Positions 7,407-14,836 of a stretch of DNA of 20,000 bases are shown piece after piece; positions within the stretch are counted from its first letter, which is position 1; every line of letters begins with the position of its first letter. The stretch lies in contig JBFGJH010000011.1 of NCBI GenBank assembly GCA_041577335.1, positions 49,552-69,551 of the forward strand, in the 5' to 3' direction. Made by a program: the position numbers and the translations under genes. Origin of the DNA: Acidimicrobiia bacterium (GTDB taxonomy: Bacteria; Actinomycetota; Acidimicrobiia; Spongiisociales; JAENVV01). The notes under the pieces are model-generated. The model made no database searches. It was not told where the DNA came from and saw only the letters and a list, made by a program, of their open reading frames with translations.

Positions 7407-8962
7407 TGGGCGGCCGTCGTTCCGGGGGAGGCAGAGCCGGCCGGTTGGCGTTGCGAGCGGAAAGCCCACCGCTGCACGAACGACCCGTCCGGCCCGGTTT
7501 GCCGGGGGGCGCATTCAAGCCACTCACCGATCGCGACCTCGGCGAGATCTACGCCAGCGCCCTCGACCTTCTCGAGACCGTCGGGATGGGATCCCCGATC
7601 CCAGAGTTCATCGAGGCCGTGACCGCTGTCGGGGGATGGGTCGAGGGGGATCGGCTGCACTATCCCAAGGCGGTGGTGGAGGGAGCCATCGAGACGGCGG
7701 CCAAATCATTCGTGTGGCACGGCTTCGATGAGGATCGGAGCATCGACGTCGGCGGCGAGAGAGTCCACTTCGGCACAGCCGGTGCTGCGGTGCTCATGCT
7801 CGATCACGAATCCAAGCAGTTTCGCCATTCCACCTCCCTCGATCTCTACGACGTGGCACGGTTGGCCGACACGCTCGAGCACATCCATTTCTTCGTGAGA
7901 ACCGTTGTGACCCGCGACCTCGTCGAAGCGCGTGACGTCGATATCAACACCGCTTATGTGACCTTGGCGGGCACCACGAAACCGATTGGCACATCGTTCT
8001 TCCACCCCGACCATGTGTACGAGGCAGTCGAGATGTTCGATATGGTGCTCGGGGGTGAGGGGGAGTTCCGCAAACGTCCGTTCCTCGTCGCCAACAACAC
8101 CTTTGTCGTGCCTCCGTTGCGCTTTGCCGAAGAGTCGGCGGCCGCAATGGTTGCCCAGGTTCGGACCGGCATGCCGATCAATCTCCTGTCGGCCGGCCAA
8201 GCAGGTGCCACCTCGCCGGCAGCTCTCGCCGGATCACTCGTCCAGGCCCTCGCCGAGTGTCTGGCTGCCTTGACCTCGGTCAACCTCATTCGGCCGGGAC
8301 ACCCGTGTGTCATGGGCCTTTGGCCGTTCGTCTCCGATCTTCGGACCGGGGCAATGACGGGGGGCAGCGGCGAAGAGGCCGTGCTGAATGCCGCGGCCGC
8401 TCAGGTCGCCAACTATCTCGGGCTTCCCTCGGGGGTGGCGGCCGGGATGGCGGATTCGAAGCTGCCCGACAGCCAGGCCGGATATGAGAAGGGCGTGACC
8501 GTCACGCTGGCGGGACAGGCGGGAGCCAATCTCGTCTACGAGTCGGCGGGCATGTTGGCGTCGCTACTCGGCTGCTCGCTCGAGATGATGGTGATCGACA
8601 ACGACCTGCTCGGGTCGGTCAACCGCACAATCCGCGGCATCGAGGTGACCCCCGACACGCTGTCGACGGAGGTCATCCGCCAGGTCGTGGAGCACCCCGG
8701 ACATTTCCTGGGTCACGAGCAGACGCTGGGTCTCATGGAGCGTGACTACGTCTATCCGGTGGTCGCCGATCGAGACACCCCTGCCAACTGGGCAGATGGT
8801 GGGTCACTGGACGCCTCGGACCGTGCTCGCCAATACGTTGCGTCCACGCTCGCCGACCATTACCCCAAGCACATTGCTCCCGAGATCGACGAGGCGATCA
8901 GGGCTCGCTTTCCCATCAAGGTCGATGCGGAGCACATGGCCGACGGCAGCTCTCGATGGTGA
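7406..8962 (+). CDS. Trimethylamine methyltransferase (MttB) superfamily protein, non-pyrrolysine, MtgB-like, 518 aa
   Basis: VHFGTAGAA, SAGQAGATSPAALAGSLVQALAE, SDLRTGAMTGGSGE, DSKLPDSQAGYEK, GANLVYESAGML and GHFLGHEQT. No in-frame amber codon. Start overlaps the upstream stop (TGATG). Confidence 0.92.
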   Translation: MGGRRSGGGRAGRLALRAESPPLHERPVRPGLPGGAFKPLTDRDLGEIYASALDLLETVGMGSPIPEFIEAVTAVGGWVEGDRLHYPKAVVEGAIETAAKSFVWHGFDEDRSIDVGGERVHFGTAGAAVLMLDHESKQFRHSTSLDLYDVARLADTLEHIHFFVRTVVTRDLVEARDVDINTAYVTLAGTTKPIGTSFFHPDHVYEAVEMFDMVLGGEGEFRKRPFLVANNTFVVPPLRFAEESAAAMVAQVRTGMPINLLSAGQAGATSPAALAGSLVQALAECLAALTSVNLIRPGHPCVMGLWPFVSDLRTGAMTGGSGEEAVLNAAAAQVANYLGLPSGVAAGMADSKLPDSQAGYEKGVTVTLAGQAGANLVYESAGMLASLLGCSLEMMVIDNDLLGSVNRTIRGIEVTPDTLSTEVIRQVVEHPGHFLGHEQTLGLMERDYVYPVVADRDTPANWADGGSLDASDRARQYVASTLADHYPKHIAPEIDEAIRARFPIKVDAEHMADGSSRW

Positions 8963-8964
8963 GA

Positions 8965-9705
8965 TCAGCGGCGAATGCGGGCACTGACTGCAGATGCCAG
9001 CTCGCAGATACGCACACCGATGGCGGCCGGGTCGGTGGAGCCGGGGTACCGAAACGAAGGGCCGTATGCCGAGATCGACGCAACTGCGAGGCCATCTCTG
9101 CCCACGATGGGCGCAGCGACGCCGTTGATCTCTTCATGGAAGTCGGCGAATGTCCACACAAAGCCGTCGCGCCGAGCCGACGCCAGTTTGGCGATCAGCC
9201 GATCCAACGTGGTAGCCGTGGCAGCCGTGTGAGCCACCAGTCCTTTCGATGCGTACTCGGAGACCCCCTCGTCCGACCAGGTTGCCATGAGCGCCAATCC
9301 ACCAGCAACGGTATGAAGCGGGAGCCGCATGCCCGTCCAATCGCGCGTTTGGACGGCATCGTCGCTCGTCACCTGATCGAGGTAGAGGGCTTGGCGGCCC
9401 TCTACGACGGTGAGCCCGGCCGCTTCACCAAATTCGGCAACGAGGTCGCGCAAGTACGGCCGGCACATGTCGCGGATCGCCGGAGTCGAAGACACGGTGG
9501 TCGTCAAGCTCGTCAGGCCCGCCCCGATGGCGTACCGGCCAGACGCATCGATCTGCTCCACGAGGCCGAGCTCGTCGAGGCTCGCCAAGATCCGGTGAAC
9601 GGTGCTCTTGGGAAGATCCGTAACGCGGGCGATCTGGCTCACGCCGGCGCCTCCGGTGTCGGCGAGCGCCCGCAGGATCGAAACCGTTCGTTCAATGGTC
9701 TGCAT
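8965..9705 (-). CDS. IclR family transcriptional regulator, 246 aa
   Basis: N-terminal HTH QTIERTVSILRAL...LPKSTVHRILASL; effector domain RLPLHTVAGG and INGVAAPI...SISAYGPSFR. Start at 9705 preferred over 9714 because of the -10 spacing. Confidence 0.93.
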   Translation of the reverse strand: MQTIERTVSILRALADTGGAGVSQIARVTDLPKSTVHRILASLDELGLVEQIDASGRYAIGAGLTSLTTTVSSTPAIRDMCRPYLRDLVAEFGEAAGLTVVEGRQALYLDQVTSDDAVQTRDWTGMRLPLHTVAGGLALMATWSDEGVSEYASKGLVAHTAATATTLDRLIAKLASARRDGFVWTFADFHEEINGVAAPIVGRDGLAVASISAYGPSFRYPGSTDPAAIGVRICELASAVSARIRR

Positions 9706-9712
9706 CCGGCAC

Positions 9713-9746
9713 ATCCTACGGAATGGAACGTCCCATTGAACAGAAC
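9713..9746. promoter_or_regulatory. Two tandem 17-bp operator-like boxes overlapping the putative iclR -10 (TAGGAT, 9713-9718, minus strand)
   Basis: ATCCTA-CGGAA-TGGAAC (9713-9729) and GTCCCA-TTGAA-CAGAAC (9730-9746) resemble GTTCCA-CTGGA-TGGAAC at 4959. Confidence 0.55.
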
Positions 9747-9755
9747 GCAGCGCCG

Positions 9756-12203
9756 ATGACTGCTGCTGATCTGCCCGAACGCGCGCAGGTGGTCGTGGTC
9801 GGCGGCGGCATCGTTGGATGTAGCGTTGCGTACCATCTCGCTCGGCGCGGCATCACCGATGTGCTTCTTCTCGAACAGGGACAGCTCACGGGTGGCACCA
9901 CATGGCACGCTGCCGGCCTCGTATCTCAGCTCAAGTCATCGCACAGCCTCACCCGGCTGGCCACATATACGGCCCGCCTGTATGAAGAGCTGGAGGACGA
10001 GACCGGCCAGGCAACTGGTTACCGGACGCCGGGGTCGATCTCGGTAGCCGCGGACGACGAGCGCTGGGAAGAGATTCTGAGGGGCATGTCGATGGCGAAG
10101 ACGGTGGGGGTGGAGGCCTACGAGATCCCGCTGGACGAGGCCCAGGAGCGTTGGCCCCTCATGGCTGTCGACGACCTGGTCGGGGCGGTGTGGCTTCCCC
10201 ACGATGGCCAAACCAGCCCGGTCGACACAACGCTGGCGCTTGCCAAGGGGGCTCGCGATCGTGGCGTCATCATCCGTGAGGGTATTGCCGTGACAGAGAT
10301 CCTGGTTTCTGGGCAGCGGGCGATTGGGGTGGCCACCGAACTTGGCCCGGTCGAGGCCGAGAGCGTCGTTCTCTGCGGCGGGATGTGGACACGACAGCTG
10401 GCGGCCACCGCCGGCGTCAATGTTCCACTTCAGGCATGCGAGCACTTCTATCTCGTAACCGAGCCCATCGATGGGGTGGAAACGGGGATGCCGACGCTGC
10501 GCGATCCGGGCAACCACACCTATTTCAAGGAGGAGACCGGCAAGATCATGGCGGGCTTTTTCGAGCCACGCGGCAAGGTATGGCGGCTCGGCGGCATACC
10601 ACGCGATTTCTCCTTTGCTTCTCTGCCCGAGGACTGGGAACACATTGGCCCGGTTTTCGAGAAGGCGATCGAGCGGGTTCCGGCCCTCGCCGATGCCGGG
10701 ATCCAGTTGTTCTTCAACGGTCCCGAAGCGTTCACCCCCGACGGGGTCTATTACCTGGGGGAGAGCCCCGAGGTCGATCGATGCTACGTGGCGGCCGGTT
10801 TCAACTCGGTCGGGATTCAGTCCGCCGGCGGCGCTGGTTGGGTTCTGGCTGACTGGATAGCGGACAGCCACCCGCCGATGGACCTGTGGCCCGTGGATAT
10901 TCGGAGGACGTTTCCCTTCCAGGGCACCCCGGACTTTCTCGAAGAACGAATATCTGAATCGCTGGGCTTGCTCTACGCAATGCATTGGCCGTTCCGCCAG
11001 TACGAGAGTGCACGGGGAAAGCTGATGTCGCCACTGCACAGCCGCCTCGATGAAGCCGGAGCCGTGTTTGGGGAAACGGCCGGATGGGAGCGACCCAATT
11101 GGTATGCCGTCGAGGGCCAAGACCGGGTTTATGAGTATTCCTATGGCAAACAAAACTGGTTCCAGGCCAGCGGCGAGGAGTGTCGGGCAGTGCGCTCGGG
11201 CGTTGGCCTCTTCGACCAGACCTCATTCGCCAAGTTCGAGGTTTCCGGCCCCGAGGCTCTGAGCGTGCTCAACGAATTGTCGGCCAACGACATCGATGTA
11301 CCGATCGGCAAGGTGGTCTACACCCAGTGGCTCAACGACCGGGGAGGTATCGAGGCCGACCTCACGATCACTCATACGAGTGAGGACTCGTTTCTCGTGG
11401 TCTCGGGAGCGGCGGTGCGCACCCGAGATTTCACCCGTCTGCGACGGCACCTTCGCGGGCGACAGGCAACAGCACGTGACGTCACCGAAGAGCTGGCTGT
11501 CCTCGGGATCATGGGGCCGGAATCGAGGACGCTGCTCAGCGAGACCACGCGGGCCGACCTCAGCAATGAGGGTTTCCCGTTCGGCACCTCGCAGGTCGTT
11601 GGCGTGGCCGGCCATGAGGTGCGGGCGCTGCGAATGAGTTACGTCGGAGAGCTCGGATGGGAGCTCTACGTGCCCGTCGGCGAGGCGGGAGCGGTCTTCG
11701 ATGCTGTCGTCGACGCGGGGGAGCCTCACGGGCTGCGGATGGCCGGCTATCACGCCATGAACAGTCTCCGACTCGAAGCCGGCTACCGGCATTGGGGCCA
11801 CGACATCACCGACGAAGACACCCCGCTCCAAGCGGGACTCGGGTTCGCTGTCGGCTGGGAGAAGCCCGGCGGATTCATCGGTCGGGAGGCGCTCACGGCG
11901 CAACGCGGCACGGTTCCCACCAAGCGGCTTGTCCAGCTGAAGCTTCACGACCCCGACCGACTGCTCTACCACGACGAACCCGTGTATCGGGACGGTGTGC
12001 TGGTGGGCCGCACCACCTCGGGAATGTGGAGCTACACCCAGAATGCGGCTCTGGCAATGGCCTATCTCGAACACCCCGACGGGGTCAGCGCAGAGTATCT
12101 CGATGCCGGGTCGTACGAGATCGAAGTGGCCGGCAAGCCGATTGCCGCCTCCGTCTCTCTGCGATCGTTCTACGACCCACGCAATGAGCGGGTGAAGGTC
12201 TGA
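9756..12203 (+). CDS. GcvT-family FAD/THF-dependent demethylase, sarcosine dehydrogenase-like, 815 aa
   Basis: GGGIVGCSVAYHL, GGTTWHAAG, FFNGPEAFTPD, GFNSVGIQSAGGAG, GWERPNW, GGIEADLT, SYVGELGWEL and LRLEAGYRHWG. Alternative in-frame ATG at 9723. Confidence 0.9.
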   Translation: MTAADLPERAQVVVVGGGIVGCSVAYHLARRGITDVLLLEQGQLTGGTTWHAAGLVSQLKSSHSLTRLATYTARLYEELEDETGQATGYRTPGSISVAADDERWEEILRGMSMAKTVGVEAYEIPLDEAQERWPLMAVDDLVGAVWLPHDGQTSPVDTTLALAKGARDRGVIIREGIAVTEILVSGQRAIGVATELGPVEAESVVLCGGMWTRQLAATAGVNVPLQACEHFYLVTEPIDGVETGMPTLRDPGNHTYFKEETGKIMAGFFEPRGKVWRLGGIPRDFSFASLPEDWEHIGPVFEKAIERVPALADAGIQLFFNGPEAFTPDGVYYLGESPEVDRCYVAAGFNSVGIQSAGGAGWVLADWIADSHPPMDLWPVDIRRTFPFQGTPDFLEERISESLGLLYAMHWPFRQYESARGKLMSPLHSRLDEAGAVFGETAGWERPNWYAVEGQDRVYEYSYGKQNWFQASGEECRAVRSGVGLFDQTSFAKFEVSGPEALSVLNELSANDIDVPIGKVVYTQWLNDRGGIEADLTITHTSEDSFLVVSGAAVRTRDFTRLRRHLRGRQATARDVTEELAVLGIMGPESRTLLSETTRADLSNEGFPFGTSQVVGVAGHEVRALRMSYVGELGWELYVPVGEAGAVFDAVVDAGEPHGLRMAGYHAMNSLRLEAGYRHWGHDITDEDTPLQAGLGFAVGWEKPGGFIGREALTAQRGTVPTKRLVQLKLHDPDRLLYHDEPVYRDGVLVGRTTSGMWSYTQNAALAMAYLEHPDGVSAEYLDAGSYEIEVAGKPIAASVSLRSFYDPRNERVKV

Positions 12204-12230
12204 TCGGTTCCGCCATCGGGTCTGATCAGA
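12199..12230. terminator. Stem-loop between convergent genes, possible bidirectional terminator
   Basis: TCTGATCGGTTCCG-ccat-CGGGTCTGATCAGA forms a 14-bp imperfect stem with one mismatch and G-U pairs; no strong U-tract. Confidence 0.5.
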
Positions 12231-12233
12231 GAG

Positions 12234-12995
12234 TTACGCGTCTCTGCGGACTGCGATGAGGACAGCAACAGTCAACGCCAAAGTCGTCCACCCGGCCAGC
12301 ACGGCGGCGGCGGCGGGTGGATCGGGCACGTAGATGGGCACGATCCCAGTGAGGTCGAACTGGCCGAAGATCCCGGTCACCGCATTGCTCAAGGAGATCC
12401 GCCGGTAGATCGGTAGGAGCCCGAGGATCTGCTCTGCGAAGGAGAATCCCAGCGTGAGCCCGACGGCGAGGGCCGCCGATCGGAACAGGACCGACCCGAG
12501 CAAAGCGATGCCCACCCAAGCAACCTGGACGAGCAGCACCTTCCCGATGATCACGGAGATCTCACCGAAGGTCAGGAATCCGCTCCCCTCGGCGAGCACG
12601 ACGGTGATGGCCAAGGTCACGACCGCCGTGATCAGGATGATTGCTGCCGAGACTGCGGTGAGGACGATGAACTTGGCTCCGAGGTGCCGAGTCCTTCGCG
12701 AATCCCACGTGAGTGAGACCGGCCAGGTGCCCTTGGCATACTCACCCGCCACGATGATGGTGACGAGGATGATCGGAACCCACGTGTTGCCGGCGGCACT
12801 CTGGAGCGCTGAGACATAGGCCTCAGGCTTCGTCGGCGGAGGGAGCACCAGCTCGTCGGTGCCTTCCAGGATGTCGGCCAGGATGAGAGTGAACGCCGTT
12901 CCGATGCCGGACAGCGCAACGGAAACCAGGGCGAGGATCCAAGCCAGCTTCCTGCGGGTGACCTTGGTCCACTCGGCGCGTATCAGCCCGGTCAT
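12234..12995 (-). CDS. ABC-2 type exporter permease, 253 aa
   Basis: LIRAEWTK N-terminus, GEYAKGTW motif, about six hydrophobic segments and C-terminal RRDA. Overlaps the ATPase stop by 4 nt. Confidence 0.88.
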   Translation of the reverse strand: MTGLIRAEWTKVTRRKLAWILALVSVALSGIGTAFTLILADILEGTDELVLPPPTKPEAYVSALQSAAGNTWVPIILVTIIVAGEYAKGTWPVSLTWDSRRTRHLGAKFIVLTAVSAAIILITAVVTLAITVVLAEGSGFLTFGEISVIIGKVLLVQVAWVGIALLGSVLFRSAALAVGLTLGFSFAEQILGLLPIYRRISLSNAVTGIFGQFDLTGIVPIYVPDPPAAAAVLAGWTTLALTVAVLIAVRRDA

Positions 12996-13885
12996 CGGTC
13001 GGCTTCGGTGAGCTCGAGGAAGACCTGTTCCAGGCCCCGCTTTTCGACGATGAGCTCGAAGGGGTACACGCCGGCGTCAGCCAATGCCCGTCCCGCCGCG
13101 CGTGCGTCCAGGGTCTCTGCGTAGATCCGCTCCCCTCGGGTGCTTGCCGTTATACCCGCTTGCGCCAGTGCGGTCAGCGCCTCATCGCTCTCGGAACTGT
13201 CGACTCCAATGCGCGTCTTGTCGGTCCCGATGAGCTCGGCGACAGATCCTTCGGCCACCAACCTGCCCCGGTTGATGATCACGACGTAGTCGGCCAGAGC
13301 CTGGATGTCGGCGAGCACATGCGACGACACCACCACGGTTTTGCCATCGTCGACCAGCCTCCGGAGCAGCTCGCGAAGAGTCTTCTGGCCCGCCGGGTCG
13401 AGGCCGTCCATCGGTTCGTCCAAGAGAAGGAGCTCGGGGTCATTCAACAGTGCCATTCCCAGGGCCAAGCGCTGCTTCATGCCCTTGGAGTATCCGCTCA
13501 CTTTGTCATCGGCTCGTTCGGCAAGCCCAATGAGGTCGAGCGTGCCAACGATATCGCCGCCATCTCCACGGCTTCGTTGTGCCACGACCAGGTTGTCGCG
13601 GCCGCTCAGCGTGTCATACAGCGCCGGTCCCTCGACCATTGCCCCGACGCGCCCGATGACACTTTGGAGGTTGTTGGACGTGTCGACACCCAACAGGGAG
13701 GCCGTGCCCGCGTTGGGGCGCGCCAAGCCGAGAAGAATGCGGAAGGTGGTTGTCTTTCCGGCACCGTTCGGCCCGAGAAAGCCGATCAGCCGGCCTCGCG
13801 GGAACGTGAGTGACAGGCCGTCGAGGGCCAGCGTCTTCTTGAAGATCTTGCGAAGCCCAATCATCTGAGCTGCAGGGGAAGTCAT
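12992..13885 (-). CDS. ABC transporter ATP-binding protein (BcrA/LanF-like), 297 aa
   Basis: Walker A GPNGAGKTT, signature YSKGMKQR, Walker B LLLLDEP, SSH loop and C-terminal LEQVFLELT. Confidence 0.93.
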   Translation of the reverse strand: MTSPAAQMIGLRKIFKKTLALDGLSLTFPRGRLIGFLGPNGAGKTTTFRILLGLARPNAGTASLLGVDTSNNLQSVIGRVGAMVEGPALYDTLSGRDNLVVAQRSRGDGGDIVGTLDLIGLAERADDKVSGYSKGMKQRLALGMALLNDPELLLLDEPMDGLDPAGQKTLRELLRRLVDDGKTVVVSSHVLADIQALADYVVIINRGRLVAEGSVAELIGTDKTRIGVDSSESDEALTALAQAGITASTRGERIYAETLDARAAGRALADAGVYPFELIVEKRGLEQVFLELTEADR

Positions 13886-13891
13886 CGCAGA

Positions 13892-13897
13892 AACCTA
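13892..13897 (-). promoter_or_regulatory. Putative -10 element (TAGGTT) for leaderless ABC ATPase
   Basis: 6 nt upstream of ATG 13885; no SD. Confidence 0.5.
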
Positions 13898-13920
13898 GCG
13901 GGTGGCGTCTGTCGGGCCAG

Positions 13921-14808
13921 TTAGCGTGTGAATCGGCCGAGGCGCCGGCGCTCGTCTTCCATGATCTCGATCTCCCGGGCTCCGGACACCACGATGTCGC
14001 GGTCAGTCATGAAATCCAACTGGTCGCTGCGGCCGTCGTAGTCGACCGCGTTGAGGATCACCTTCATGGCATTGAGGCGCGCCTTCTGTTTGCTCTCCGA
14101 CCGGATGATCGTCCACGGAGCGGCGATCGTGGACGTCGCCTTCAGCATCTGGTACTTCATCTCGGTGAATTCGTCCCAGTGCTCCTGGGCTTGGACATCG
14201 ACCTCTGAGAGTTTCCACTGCCGGAGCGGGTCATTGATTCGGCGTTCGAAGCGGCGCGCTTGCTCTTCTTTCGAGACCGAGAAATACAGTTTGAGAAGGA
14301 TCGTGCCTTGCCGAACGAGGTCCTTTTCGAAGCCGACGACACCGCGTAGGAATGCCCGGTATTCGTCGTCGGTGCAGAACCCGAACACGGGCTCGACCAT
14401 CGCTCGGTTGTACCAGGAGCGGTCGAACAGCACGATCTCGCCACCGCGAGGGAAGTGCTCCACGTATTTCTGAAAGTACCACTGCGTCCGTTGTTCCTCG
14501 GTTGGCTTCGCCAATGCGACCACCCGATAGTGCTTTTCGTTCATGAAGCGAGTGAGCCGGCGGATGGTGCCACCTTTGCCCGCAGCATCTCTCCCTTCGA
14601 AAATCACAATCATGCGAAGCTGGTGGGCTTCGAGATGACGCTGGAGTTTCAGGAGTTCCACCTGGTAGGGACGGAGCCTGTGGTCCTTTTCGACGCTTCG
14701 TACGAGCTTATCTCGCTCCTCTTCGAGTTCCTCCAGTCGGGCTCTCAAGACGCTGACTTCATCGGCGTCTGCTTGCTCGGGATCGGGGACTGGCCGGAGA
14801 TCGCTCAT
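13921..14808 (-). CDS. ppk2: Polyphosphate kinase 2 (single domain), 295 aa
   Basis: FEGRDAAGKGGTI P-loop, QWYFQKY, FDRSWYNRA, DPLRQWKLS and APWTII. Confidence 0.95.
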   Translation of the reverse strand: MSDLRPVPDPEQADADEVSVLRARLEELEEERDKLVRSVEKDHRLRPYQVELLKLQRHLEAHQLRMIVIFEGRDAAGKGGTIRRLTRFMNEKHYRVVALAKPTEEQRTQWYFQKYVEHFPRGGEIVLFDRSWYNRAMVEPVFGFCTDDEYRAFLRGVVGFEKDLVRQGTILLKLYFSVSKEEQARRFERRINDPLRQWKLSEVDVQAQEHWDEFTEMKYQMLKATSTIAAPWTIIRSESKQKARLNAMKVILNAVDYDGRSDQLDFMTDRDIVVSGAREIEIMEDERRRLGRFTR

Positions 14809-14815
14809 GGCAGGG

Positions 14816-14821
14816 AGCCTA
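14816..14821 (-). promoter_or_regulatory. Putative -10 element (TAGGCT) for leaderless ppk2
   Basis: 7 nt upstream of ATG 14808; no SD. Confidence 0.5.
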
Positions 14822-14836
14822 CGTGGAGAATGCTCG

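Noticed and set aside
7406..8962. Pyrrolysine recoding in the MttB-family gene
   Set aside because: The ORF is uninterrupted with no in-frame TAG, and there are no pyl genes in the window.
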